Below are positions 8,781 to 16,964 of a stretch of DNA of 42,495 nucleotides, piece by piece. Made by a program: the position numbers and the translations under genes. Where the stretch lies: positions 1 to 42,495 of the IMG/VR virus record IMGVR_UViG_3300016478_000186. One strand, 5' to 3'. The DNA is from a virus. Its lineage: Duplodnaviria; Caudoviricetes. The stretch's first letter is position 1. Every line of letters begins with the position of its first letter. The notes under the pieces were generated by a model. It ran no database searches. It saw only the letters and a list, made by a program, of their open reading frames with translations, and was not told the DNA's origin.

Positions 8781-9137
8781 TCACTTCCCCACCTCCTGCC
8801 CGGTGCTGGCGGCAAGGGCGGCGCGGCGAGCGTCAACGAACTGTTGCAGTTCCTTGTCGAGAGCCTGCCACTCAAGTGCCGGCGGGTCGCTCATTACGGC
8901 GATGCCGAAACTTCCTCGGCCACGGTGGATTTCGCAGTTTTTCATCCGGCGAATCAGATCATGCTCGCGTTCCACGTCTTCCAACACCTTTGCCAGCTTG
9001 TCGCGCTGCTGGCGGAGGGCGTCGCGTTCGGCTTCAAGGGCGGCGTAGTCGGAGTACATTACCCAAAAACCAAAGGGGTTTTCTTCTGAATCCCAATCGG
9101 GGCCGTAAATTTCGTACCGTTTGACTTCATTGCTCAT
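8781..9137 (-). CDS. hypothetical phage protein
   Basis: MSNEVKRYE...G.WV.YSDYAALEAERDALR pattern of phage early proteins; ATGA overlap. Confidence 0.72.
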   Translation of the reverse strand: MSNEVKRYEIYGPDWDSEENPFGFWVMYSDYAALEAERDALRQQRDKLAKVLEDVEREHDLIRRMKNCEIHRGRGSFGIAVMSDPPALEWQALDKELQQFVDARRAALAASTGQEVGK

Positions 9138-9559
9138 GGTTCGCTGCCTTTGGTTGGTTGTTGTGCAAGTTCTGCCTCCAGTCTTCTGGCCTCTTCCCAC
9201 CATGCTTTTTCACGCTCGGTAGATACTCGCCTCATCTTTTGGCGTAGGACGTATGTGCCATACCCCATATCCTTCTCGGCCTTCCCCTTTGGTTCACCTC
9301 GGATTATCCGCCGACAGTACTCCACCATATCCTTGTCGCTGACACGGTGATGCTGACGCTTACCACGATACGCCAGCGGCCATGGATCGGGGATTCCACG
9401 GCGTGCCAAATATCGGCGCAGATCGGTGGCCGACGCGAAGCCAACATAGTGTGCGGCATACTCAACGCCCACAGTCTTGTGGAGGCGGGCTGCTGCTTGA
9501 CCGATGGTCTCACCAGTTGCCTTGTAGTACTCCTCCGGGGTGGATCCTCGGGCGGTCAC
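9134..9559 (-). CDS. hypothetical protein, possibly HTH
   Basis: AGGAGG RBS; tightly packed operon. Confidence 0.65.
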   Translation of the reverse strand: MTARGSTPEEYYKATGETIGQAAARLHKTVGVEYAAHYVGFASATDLRRYLARRGIPDPWPLAYRGKRQHHRVSDKDMVEYCRRIIRGEPKGKAEKDMGYGTYVLRQKMRRVSTEREKAWWEEARRLEAELAQQPTKGSEP

Positions 9560-9560
9560 T

Positions 9561-9770
9561 TTACACCTCCTGCTTGGTGCTGGCTTTCTCCAAAGCCCAC
9601 AGCTCAGTTTTCAGTTTTTCAATCTTGCGCTTATCGTCGTAGTACGCCTGACCATCAGCGTAGGGCAGGCGCTCACGTAGTTCGGCTATGCGATTTTTCA
9701 GCATCCTGATGCTGTCCGTATGCTCGCGGGTATAGCGGTCGTGCAGCGTTTCGTCGTTATGCGTTGGCAT
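9561..9770 (-). CDS. hypothetical protein
   Basis: TAATG overlap; coiled-coil-like. Confidence 0.6.
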   Translation of the reverse strand: MPTHNDETLHDRYTREHTDSIRMLKNRIAELRERLPYADGQAYYDDKRKIEKLKTELWALEKASTKQEV

Positions 9771-10147
9771 TATTGTTCCCCTTTCCGTGCTGCGGCGATG
9801 GCGGCGCGTGCCTCGTCCAGTAGTTCCAGCTCTGTGATGTTTTTAGGCAGACCGTCTATGCACTTGCTTCCGCCGTACACTTGCATCATCCCCTCCAGCG
9901 CCTCCAGCAGTTGCTGGTTCACGCTTGGCACCGTGGCCGGGGCGGGTGGGGTGGCATACAGGGCCATGCCGGTTGGAAGTACAGCGGCGCGGTTTATCGC
10001 CTCTATAACGCACCTACCTGCGAACTGCCCGGTGATATAGGCCACTGGCGCGGCCTTGGCCTCTATGGCGGCCTCCATGCGCTTGATCTCCTCAATCACC
10101 CATGGCGCGGCTTCGCTGCCAGGGCGCACTCGGTCGCTCAGTTTCAT
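9770..10147 (-). CDS. hypothetical phage protein
   Basis: MKLSDRVRPGSEAAPWV start; 'LLEALE...ARAAIAAA' tail common in phage early genes. Confidence 0.7.
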   Translation of the reverse strand: MKLSDRVRPGSEAAPWVIEEIKRMEAAIEAKAAPVAYITGQFAGRCVIEAINRAAVLPTGMALYATPPAPATVPSVNQQLLEALEGMMQVYGGSKCIDGLPKNITELELLDEARAAIAAARKGEQ

Positions 10148-10338
10148 AGTGCCTCCTCGGGCTCGCAGCTCAGTTTGATCTGGGTGGTGCCGGCCGGCAG
10201 GCGCGCTTCGTCGTAGGCGCGCTGCAGCTCGCAGCGGATTGCCGCGTCGCGACCGTGGTACTCCTCCTGCTTGAACACCTGGCAGTCGTCCATGGCAGCA
10301 GTCGCGCAGACGTAGGCGATAAGGGTTACGGTTAGCAT
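10144..10338 (-). CDS. small hypothetical protein
   Basis: GGAGG RBS; ATGA overlap; Cys pairs. Confidence 0.6.
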   Translation of the reverse strand: MLTVTLIAYVCATAAMDDCQVFKQEEYHGRDAAIRCELQRAYDEARLPAGTTQIKLSCEPEEAL

Positions 10339-10374
10339 GGTCGGCCTCCAAGTGGCACGATTTGGTTCGGCGCC

Positions 10375-10497
10375 TTAGAACAACTTGGCGCCGGTGTGTT
10401 CGAGGTAGGCCGCGATCGCGATGCTGATCAGGATGGCGGCGCTGAGCGTCAGCTCGACCCAGGTTGGCAGCGGGTCGCTGCGCTGCTGGTCGCTCAT
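10375..10497 (-). CDS. small membrane protein
   Basis: MSDQQ start with GAGG RBS; one hydrophobic helix. Confidence 0.55.
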   Translation of the reverse strand: MSDQQRSDPLPTWVELTLSAAILISIAIAAYLEHTGAKLF

Positions 10498-10703
10498 GGC
10501 TTCACCTCGAGGATGGTGGTGGTCCAGGGGCCGTTGGCCTTCTTGCCGAGGCGCACCAGGTGGCCGGCTTTCAGTGCGACCTGGGCAATTGCAAAGGCTG
10601 TTGCGCCGTCCGGATGCGCGGTGTGGGTCAGGCTGACCGCCTCGCATCCGGTTTCGAGCAGGCTGTTTTGCAGTGCGGTGAGGGTTGGGTTGGCTTGTTC
10701 CAT
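10494..10703 (-). CDS. hypothetical protein
   Basis: GGAG RBS; directly downstream of a predicted promoter. Confidence 0.6.
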   Translation of the reverse strand: MEQANPTLTALQNSLLETGCEAVSLTHTAHPDGATAFAIAQVALKAGHLVRLGKKANGPWTTTILEVKP

Positions 10704-10737
10704 CAGGTTTTACTCCGGTCGTTGTTCGGTGTGCCTG

Positions 10738-10767
10738 ATTCTACTAGGCGCACTCAAAATTGAGCAA
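10738..10767 (-). promoter_or_regulatory. sigma70-like promoter
   Basis: TTGCTC-18 nt-TAGAAT on the minus strand. Confidence 0.6.
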
Positions 10768-11184
10768 CTGCTTTTGCCTGATTTCTACGGTGTTTTGCTT
10801 GATTTCTGCTTTGCGTAAAAGGTCGAGGTGGCGGCGTTGTTCTGCAATCCATGGGGCGAGTGCTTCCCATATATGGACTACCTGGCCGACCTCCTTGCCC
10901 TTGGGACCCTCGGCGAGCAATCCCTCGGCGACGGAGGTGGCGTGCTCGTGGCTGAAGCGCACTACCTTGTGCGGCTTCTCGAAGCGCGGAGTCGGTGGCT
11001 TGTCCTCGTGGTAGTCGAAGGTAACCGTCTGACCGCAGAGGGTGACGACGTAGCCTTGCCCTGTCGCCGTGCTCTCGAATTGCGCCCGGGCCAGCTCCAG
11101 CTTGGCGATGTAGCGCTCGGTGCTGGCGATTATTTCGCTGATGGTTTTCTCGGTCACTGGTTTGTCCTCAGAATGGCGGCTCAT
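10744..11184 (-). CDS. hypothetical protein
   Basis: Operon packing; start could be GTG slightly downstream. Confidence 0.65.
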   Translation of the reverse strand: MSRHSEDKPVTEKTISEIIASTERYIAKLELARAQFESTATGQGYVVTLCGQTVTFDYHEDKPPTPRFEKPHKVVRFSHEHATSVAEGLLAEGPKGKEVGQVVHIWEALAPWIAEQRRHLDLLRKAEIKQNTVEIRQKQLLNFECA

Positions 11185-11488
11185 TGTTGGCGGTGCAGGG
11201 TTCGCCCTGCGGGGTCTGGCCGGTGCCGTCGCAGCGCCAGCACTCCGGTGCGGAGCACTTGCGGTCCTTCGGGTGGATGGCTTCTTTCTGCCTGTAGACC
11301 TTCTGGCCGATCACGATGCGCCGGTCGGTGATGCTGATCGTGCTGGAGTCGCCGAAGCAGTAGAGGGCGGTGGTGTAGTTGCCCTTGTGGTCACGGTCTT
11401 CCTGCAGGCTGGCGCACTGAAGTCGCGCAGCCCGACGGACCTGGTTGATGGTGTGGGCGGTGCTCAGTATCTTGCTCGCGATGCTCAT
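11168..11488 (-). CDS. hypothetical protein with C-terminal CxxCxGxG zinc motif
   Basis: MSIASK start (ATGA overlap); CWRCDGTG. Confidence 0.65.
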   Translation of the reverse strand: MSIASKILSTAHTINQVRRAARLQCASLQEDRDHKGNYTTALYCFGDSSTISITDRRIVIGQKVYRQKEAIHPKDRKCSAPECWRCDGTGQTPQGEPCTANNEPPF

Positions 11489-11751
11489 CGGCCTGCTGTC
11501 TTCTCTGCGTCGTACCGGCGGCGCCATTCGGCTGCGCACTCGGGGCGGGTGTGGGTGGCGTAGAAGTCGTCGGCCTCCATGCTCGCGGTGACGCGGGCGC
11601 GGCGACCGTCTGCCTTGGGGTCGTAGGCTGGGTTGAACGGTGCCGGCTTGTTCCGGTGCCAGAAGTCGAAGGGGCCAAGCCAGCCGGTGTGCTGGGCCTG
11701 GGTGGTTGGGACGAGTGGGACTGCCTTGCGGTCTGCAGGGTGCTTGCTCAT
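11485..11751 (-). CDS. hypothetical protein
   Basis: MSKHPA start (ATGA overlap), GAGGAG RBS. Confidence 0.65.
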   Translation of the reverse strand: MSKHPADRKAVPLVPTTQAQHTGWLGPFDFWHRNKPAPFNPAYDPKADGRRARVTASMEADDFYATHTRPECAAEWRRRYDAEKTAGR

Positions 11752-12065
11752 TGGTCCTGCTCCTCTGTGGTGGGCATGACATTCTCCGATGCCCAAATGG
11801 AAAACTCGACAGCGGTGGCGCTGTTGTCGTCTGGCCAGCGGTCGATGGCGTATTGGCTGTGGTCGATCGGAAAGCTGGGCTCGCCGTCGCTGGTGCAAAC
11901 GTGCAGCTCGAAGGTGCCGCGCAGGTGGCCGGCCTGGAAGCAGAAGAGCTTGCGGTCGCGGGTGGCGCGGGCATCGCGCGGCGCCTGGTAATAGACGCGG
12001 CAGTTGCCGTTGTCGGTGCGGACGAAGCGGAGCGGAGTGAGTAGGGAAGTCATGGCAATTCTCAT
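11748..12065 (-). CDS. hypothetical protein
   Basis: Overlapping start/stop chain; GC3-rich codons. Confidence 0.65.
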   Translation of the reverse strand: MRIAMTSLLTPLRFVRTDNGNCRVYYQAPRDARATRDRKLFCFQAGHLRGTFELHVCTSDGEPSFPIDHSQYAIDRWPDDNSATAVEFSIWASENVMPTTEEQDQ

Positions 12066-12304
12066 TTCGCTGGCTGGTTGATCGGGATGCCCTTGTCGTC
12101 GTTCGAGGCGAGGATCACCCGGCCGTCGACCACCTCGAGCACGCCGATGCCCGGGTGCTGCTCCATGTAGGCGTTGGCCTGGCGCGCACCTTCGTCGGTG
12201 TCGGGGTACTCGGCCTGGATGATGAAGAGGCGCCCCATCAGGCGGTGGCGCTTCGGCTCGCTGCTGTCGATGGCTTTTGCGATGGCGTGCAGTTCGGGTT
12301 TCAT
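12062..12304 (-). CDS. hypothetical protein
   Basis: GAGGAAAGGA RBS. Confidence 0.7.
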   Translation of the reverse strand: MKPELHAIAKAIDSSEPKRHRLMGRLFIIQAEYPDTDEGARQANAYMEQHPGIGVLEVVDGRVILASNDDKGIPINQPAK

Positions 12305-12323
12305 GTCCTTTCCTCGGTTGGTG

Positions 12324-12557
12324 TCAGGCCTTCTTGGCCAGGGCGCGCAGGGCGTTCTTCAGCTCGGCGTAACCGGTGCGGCCGACCTTCCAGGGGCGGT
12401 AGCTGCGCTTGGTGAAGTCGGCGGTGTACTTGCGGTATTGGATGGCCGCCTTGCCCTGGACGTAGGCGACCGGCCAGCCGTCGACTATGTCGGTCTTCCC
12501 GATCAGCTCGTTGCGCGGGGCCTCGACCTTGATGTGGTGCTCGGTGATCTGGGTCAT
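12324..12557 (-). CDS. hypothetical basic protein
   Basis: GAGGA RBS; downstream of a predicted promoter. Confidence 0.7.
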   Translation of the reverse strand: MTQITEHHIKVEAPRNELIGKTDIVDGWPVAYVQGKAAIQYRKYTADFTKRSYRPWKVGRTGYAELKNALRALAKKA

Positions 12558-12582
12558 GCTGGTGTCCTCTGGGTTGTTGCGC

Positions 12583-12625
12583 TCTGTTGACCGAACAATA
12601 CCCTAGCCGGGCCCGTAGAAGTCAG
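12583..12625 (-). promoter_or_regulatory. putative early promoter (-10 TATTGT)
   Basis: 12583-12600 matches 13441-13458 at 16/18 nt; -35 is weak. Confidence 0.5.
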
Positions 12626-12638
12626 CCGTTCGTCGGGT

Positions 12639-12950
12639 TTAGAAGTTGTAATCGTGGTACCGGCGTGGCGCGTCGGAGAGGACGTAGCGGTTGCCGTGGC
12701 TGTCGAACCAGCGCCCGTTGCCGTGCCGCCGGATCCGCGTGGTCGGCTTGGTTACGTCGCTGGTGATGATCCAGCGCTGGCTGTGCTGGTTGCTGCAGTG
12801 GCCGGCAAAACCGCCCGGGGTGATCTCCGGCTTCCAGGTCGGGTCCAGCTCGTAGGCCATCGCCCGAATGTCGAGGGTCTTGGCGCTGACGGTGCGGATG
12901 ACCTCGAAGGGGAAGGCGTCGGTGTGCAGGGTAAGGTTGGCGTAGTTCAT
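12639..12950 (-). CDS. hypothetical phage protein
   Basis: GGAGA RBS; ATGA overlap. Confidence 0.72.
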   Translation of the reverse strand: MNYANLTLHTDAFPFEVIRTVSAKTLDIRAMAYELDPTWKPEITPGGFAGHCSNQHSQRWIITSDVTKPTTRIRRHGNGRWFDSHGNRYVLSDAPRRYHDYNF

Positions 12951-13189
12951 TCGTCGTCTCCGATGCTAATGAGTGCCCATGGGATGAGGTTCATGGCGCG
13001 CGCGGCCTGCTCGGCCTCGATCTGTGCCAGTAGGCGGCTGATGGTGCTGCTGCGGAAGCGGAAGCTGCGGACTGTTCCGCCGTCTTTCGGTCGAACGCTC
13101 TGGGTGACGGAAAGGCCTGGGGTGATGGTGCTCGGCTTGGCTTTGGGTGCCAGGCCGAGGGCGCGGCGCATGCTGCCCTCCATGCTCAT
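12947..13189 (-). CDS. hypothetical protein
   Basis: GGAGA RBS; ATGA overlap. Confidence 0.65.
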   Translation of the reverse strand: MSMEGSMRRALGLAPKAKPSTITPGLSVTQSVRPKDGGTVRSFRFRSSTISRLLAQIEAEQAARAMNLIPWALISIGDDE

Positions 13190-13413
13190 GCGCGCTTCTC
13201 CCCAGCCAGGGCCTTGCGCAGCTCGGCGTGGTCCATGTCGTTGATGCGCTTGATGGCCTCGAAGTGGCGGGCCCAGGCTTCCTCGTCCTCGAGGATGCTG
13301 CAGGCGGGCTTGCTCAAGCGGCCGATCAGGGTGCGGCGGGCCTTGGCGCAGAAGATGCCGAGTTGCTCGCCTGCGCGGTTGCTGTTGTAGCCGTAGCGTA
13401 CTGTCGTGCTCAT
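13186..13413 (-). CDS. hypothetical protein, first gene of the leftward operon
   Basis: GAGGTG RBS; follows a promoter. Confidence 0.7.
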   Translation of the reverse strand: MSTTVRYGYNSNRAGEQLGIFCAKARRTLIGRLSKPACSILEDEEAWARHFEAIKRINDMDHAELRKALAGEKRA

Positions 13414-13452
13414 GGTTTCACCTCTGTGCTGCTGGTTTGTTCTGTTGTCCGA

Positions 13453-13482
13453 ACATTACCAGGTCGGGGCGAAACCCATCAA
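13453..13482 (-). promoter_or_regulatory. sigma70-like promoter of the leftward early operon
   Basis: TTGATG-18 nt-TAATGT. Confidence 0.65.
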
Positions 13483-13499
13483 CTAGAAATTGTGCCGTT

Positions 13500-13950
13500 T
13501 TCCGCTGGTTACACTGTAACCGGGGCGCGAAACCCTGCGCGATGCTCTGCGGCCCGCATGGCGCCTGGGTCGCCGGTGTAACCGTGGGTGTAACCGGCCG
13601 CCTTGGTTGCGGTTACGGTTACGGTTGCAGGTGTAACCGGAAACCGCCCGAAAAGGGCGTTTTTGGGGGTCGGTTACGCCTCGGTTGCGCCATTGTTACT
13701 TTAGAAATCAAACACTTAGCGATTTGTAACCGTGTAACCGGAAACGACAGCCATATATCTCTTTCTTCTTCTTCTTCGTATCATGATCTACCCATCATGT
13801 ATTTTTTCTCTAGGGGGTTATCAAATACTGGTTACATTGGTTACATCTGTGTCTCTCTTATATATATTTCCTTATAAATCAGGTATTTATTATTATAGGG
13901 GCCTGTAACTGGCACTGTAACTGAGCTGTAACTGGCTGTAACTGCCCGTT
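13500..13950. repeat. putative replication origin: clustered GTAAC(C/T)/GTTAC repeats around an AT-rich core
   Basis: About 15 copies of GTAAC in both orientations; most AT-rich stretch of the window (about 13750-13895); lies between divergent operons. Confidence 0.7.
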
Positions 13951-14037
13951 TCTTCACGGTTTCTCTCGGGTTTCCCTTCACAAAACTGATCAGGCTCGCA
14001 TAGACTTCCGAGCCAGCAACAGGCTGGAGCCTCCGAG

Positions 14038-14562
14038 TTGACCCAATACTTCGAAATGCCCGAGCTGCCCGGGCGGACAATGTTCCAGTGCGAGCGCCGC
14101 AAGGCCTCCCTGCAGGTCGAGTCCTGTGCGTCCATGTGGCGCCTGGCCAATGACCGCAATGCGCCCGAACGCCTGGACCAGTGCCGCAATTGCCCGCTAG
14201 GCGCAAAGCATGCCGGAGTGGGGGAAATCTCCTTGTGCCCTCTCCGGGGCGCCTCGATCTGTGGCCGGTGCCATGCCGGAACCACCAGGCTCATCCGCAA
14301 GCACCTGTGCGTGTCCTGCGTGAACCGCGAGTACGAGTACCGCAAAGGCCGCAATGCTCGCGGGACCGTGCCCGTGACGCATCCGCCTCTGGCTCCACTT
14401 GAAATCCGTTACCTCGCTGGTGATCGGCCTGCTCGCCTGAAGATCGACGCCGTGTCGACGCTCGAGCTGGTCGTCGCCGCGCTCAGGGATTGCTCCAAGC
14501 AGGTGACGTTCGGGTTTTCGGCGAAAGGGCCGAGGGTTGTGCAAGAGGGGTTGTTCGCGTGA
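14038..14562 (+). CDS. Cys-rich zinc-binding protein
   Basis: Multiple CxxC motifs (CRNC, CGRC, CVSC); GGAG RBS before TTG. Confidence 0.7.
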   Translation: MTQYFEMPELPGRTMFQCERRKASLQVESCASMWRLANDRNAPERLDQCRNCPLGAKHAGVGEISLCPLRGASICGRCHAGTTRLIRKHLCVSCVNREYEYRKGRNARGTVPVTHPPLAPLEIRYLAGDRPARLKIDAVSTLELVVAALRDCSKQVTFGFSAKGPRVVQEGLFA

Positions 14563-14945
14563 GTGAATCCGTCCAGCCGACCGCCGGGCAGCCGCCGGCA
14601 CGAAAAACGCGCGCGCGCACGCAAGTCGACGAGAAAAACTCAGGCCTTCGCCTGGAGCCGCATGTGTGTTCCTCGTGCTTTGGCCGGATTGCCAGTGAAA
14701 TCTCCTGCGCCGAGACCGGAGCGCGGAGGTTTTTCTGCACCAGCTGCGGCCTGGGCGCGGTTGGCCACAAGCCTTCGGTGGTCTGCGCTTGCGGGATCAA
14801 GATGCGAAAGTTCAAGGGCGACGGCCGGTCCTCTGCGGTGATGGTCGACGCAGGTATCCGCTGTCACGAGAATCGCTCGCCATCGCTGGAGTTTCCGGCG
14901 CTTTTCGTGGCGAGTTATGCCGGTGCTCAGGCGCCATCGGATTGA
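14559..14945 (+). CDS. zinc-ribbon protein
   Basis: CSSC, CTSC, CACG; GTGA overlap. Confidence 0.7.
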   Translation: MSESVQPTAGQPPARKTRARTQVDEKNSGLRLEPHVCSSCFGRIASEISCAETGARRFFCTSCGLGAVGHKPSVVCACGIKMRKFKGDGRSSAVMVDAGIRCHENRSPSLEFPALFVASYAGAQAPSD

Positions 14946-15128
14946 AGGTCTTGTGATCCTATGGCTGCGACCGCTCTAAACCGGGCTTTTCACGATGAAG
15001 GCCGCTGGGTCGGGCGCCGGATGGGCGCAACTCTAGGGCGAGCAACTTCTGATCGGTTTTGTTACTATCGCCTGGTCTTCACGAACGTTTGGGGTCGTTT
15101 GATGGTTGCTTGTCGCTGGCGTCCGGTG

Positions 15129-15500
15129 ATGGTCACCCTTGCCGATGGCCGTGCCGTGGAATCGGACCACCCTGCGTGGCTGGCCGAGGCTGAGGCGCGT
15201 ACCGTCCTGGGCATGCTGCATGACCGTCGGCGGCGGTTCCTGGCGCTGGTGTCCGAGCGACGCGGGCCTGCTGCAGTCGATCGGCTCAAGGCCCTGATGC
15301 GCGAGGTTGAGCCGAGGTTTGTGCTCGACCTGCCCAATGTCGATGTGCGCCGGGCTTACCTGGGGCGCGTCGAGGAGTTCGAGGGGGCCAATGCGCGGAC
15401 CTACCTGGAGGGTCGTATCCGGGTGCTCTGGCGCGAAATGCTTGCAGCCCAGAAGGGCGCTGGCGCAAAATCACCCGGGCCCGAGGAGGCTCAATCTTGA
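15129..15500 (+). CDS. hypothetical protein with internal helical duplication
   Basis: 'RRRFLALVSERRGPAAVDRLK' and 'RRAYLGRVEEFEGANARTYLE' are similar; start uncertain. Confidence 0.6.
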   Translation: MVTLADGRAVESDHPAWLAEAEARTVLGMLHDRRRRFLALVSERRGPAAVDRLKALMREVEPRFVLDLPNVDVRRAYLGRVEEFEGANARTYLEGRIRVLWREMLAAQKGAGAKSPGPEEAQS

Positions 15501-15733
15501 ACAAGAAATCACGCTTTGTCCGTTGGCTCGCTGCCAAGGCCCCATACCTGTGGATCCTGACCGGCGCGCTGCACATCCCGAACGCCAACCGCATGATCGA
15601 CCAGAGCTGGCTGTCTGGTGCTCTGGGCTTCGCGCTTGCCGGAGTTTGCACGCTCCTGGGCTTTGCCATGCTGGCTCAGGCGCAGGACGCCAAATCCGCC
15701 AAAGCCGCCGAGCAGCCAGAGGTGCATCCGTGA
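15497..15733 (+). CDS. small membrane protein
   Basis: GGAGG RBS; hydrophobic segments. Confidence 0.65.
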   Translation: MNKKSRFVRWLAAKAPYLWILTGALHIPNANRMIDQSWLSGALGFALAGVCTLLGFAMLAQAQDAKSAKAAEQPEVHP

Positions 15734-15924
15734 ACCCGCGTAACGCTCTTGCGCTGGCGCTGATGGTCGCTACCGCTGGCGTCGGTCACCAGGCCGCAGC
15801 CAGCCTGCTCGACGCGCCCCGCCCTCGCCGCCCGAAGGCGCCGGATGCTGCCCGCCAGGCTGCTGCAGAGGCCAAGCGCCAGCGCCGAGCAGAACGCAAC
15901 AAGGCGCTGGAGGCACGCCCATGA
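15730..15924 (+). CDS. small protein, hydrophobic N-terminus and basic tail
   Basis: GAGGTG RBS, GTGA overlap. Confidence 0.6.
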   Translation: MNPRNALALALMVATAGVGHQAAASLLDAPRPRRPKAPDAARQAAAEAKRQRRAERNKALEARP

Positions 15925-16196
15925 CCCGCGCCGTCAACGTCGGCACCATCGGCCACATCTCGCATGGCCGCAGCCTGCTCGGCGCCTCGCTTCTGGCTGT
16001 CGCCGCTGCCGGCCTGCTGTGCAAGGCCTCGCAGCCGGTCGTCATGCCGCAGCGCCGTGCGGACCTCGAAGTCGGGCATGACCTGAACGCCGACCTGGAA
16101 GACGCGGGCCTACTGGACGGGCGCAAGGCTCGAAAGGCCGCTTTCCGTGATCGGCTGCAGGCCGCCCAGCGCGCGGCTGCGGAAGGTCGGGCATGA
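15921..16196 (+). CDS. small protein with EF-Tu-like N-terminal peptide
   Basis: '[12 protein letters not shown]' resembles EF-Tu '[12 protein letters not shown]'; GGAGG RBS; ATGA overlap. Confidence 0.7.
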   Translation: [91 protein letters not shown]

Positions 16197-16351
16197 GGTA
16201 TCTCCTGCTGGCTACCCTGGCCAATGCGATTCTGTTCGCGGTGCTGGTCCTGGCGATCGGCTCGTGGCCGCTGGCGACTGTCGTCTCGTCGGTGGTCGGT
16301 GCCTGGCTCGGCGTCCTGGCTGGCCTGGTTCCGGACGAGGTGCGCGCATGA
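16193..16351 (+). CDS. 52-aa membrane protein
   Basis: Read manually (MRYLLLATLANAILFAVLVLAIG...); ATGA overlaps at both ends. Confidence 0.6.
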   Translation: MRYLLLATLANAILFAVLVLAIGSWPLATVVSSVVGAWLGVLAGLVPDEVRA

Positions 16352-16755
16352 TCACTTGCGGCTCATCCCGTGTCCGTCCGGCCTACACCCGGGCTGGCGA
16401 GTACCGCCGGCCGTCGCGCCGGGCTCAGCCTATGACCCAGGCCGAGCGCGAGGCCGCCATTGCTGCCTGCAGCGTGCCGCCTTCGCGGTGGCCTGATGTT
16501 GCGCTGCTGCAGGCCTTCGGCGTGCCGCGTACCCCGCTGATGACGCCTGAGCAGGCGCGGGCCAAGCCAGGCCAGTTGTGCGAGCAGCCGCGTACTGCGA
16601 CGCCTGCTGCCCCGCCGGCCGTCATGGTGCCCGTGGCTGCCGAGGCCTCGCTGCCGGTGTCCAAGCCGCGCGCCAGCTCGACGGTGCGCAAGCCCTGCCT
16701 GAGCGACCTGGCATCCGCGACCCTTGACCGCTACCGCGCGAGGTACGGCCTGTGA
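16348..16755 (+). CDS. hypothetical protein
   Basis: GAGGTG RBS; ATGA overlap. Confidence 0.6.
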   Translation: MITCGSSRVRPAYTRAGEYRRPSRRAQPMTQAEREAAIAACSVPPSRWPDVALLQAFGVPRTPLMTPEQARAKPGQLCEQPRTATPAAPPAVMVPVAAEASLPVSKPRASSTVRKPCLSDLASATLDRYRARYGL

Positions 16756-16964
16756 CTGCTGCCGCCTCCCTGTTGCGTGCCGACCTGCCTGGCCTGCTGC
16801 GCCTGCTGTCCGACTTCGAGGAGCCGGAGGCCGAGGCCATCCAGCTCGAGGCCGAGCAGTTGCTCGCTGTCATGAGCTCGGGCGAGCACGGCCACCTGCC
16901 GCTGTACCTGGCTGCTGCCCTGTGCCTGGAGGTCGATCGGCTTCCTGCTGGGGCCGGCACATGA
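16752..16964 (+). CDS. hypothetical protein
   Basis: GAGGT RBS; GTGA overlap. Confidence 0.6.
   Translation: MTAAASLLRADLPGLLRLLSDFEEPEAEAIQLEAEQLLAVMSSGEHGHLPLYLAAALCLEVDRLPAGAGT

Larger units (their letters stand above)
7749..8784 (-). pseudogene. Cys-rich 71-aa gene split by an integron cassette (5' part 8784-8755, 3' part 7934-7749)
   Basis: Joining at the cassette crossover gives an uninterrupted ORF MSGRYLYCQNTSCGTYLGCSGGDSCSICGWCAGRYMGDDADDEEESDERCPECGTPGCQGHCAGDDMMGDS*, with AGGAGGT RBS and GTGA overlap with the upstream gene. Confidence 0.8.

Noticed and set aside
13437-13877. 146-aa ORF across the origin-like region
   Set aside because: Low-complexity translation of the repeats and AT tract, with no RBS
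13500-13950. CRISPR-like or guide-RNA array
   Set aside because: Repeats are only 5-9 bp, irregularly spaced and in both orientations; no cas genes in the window
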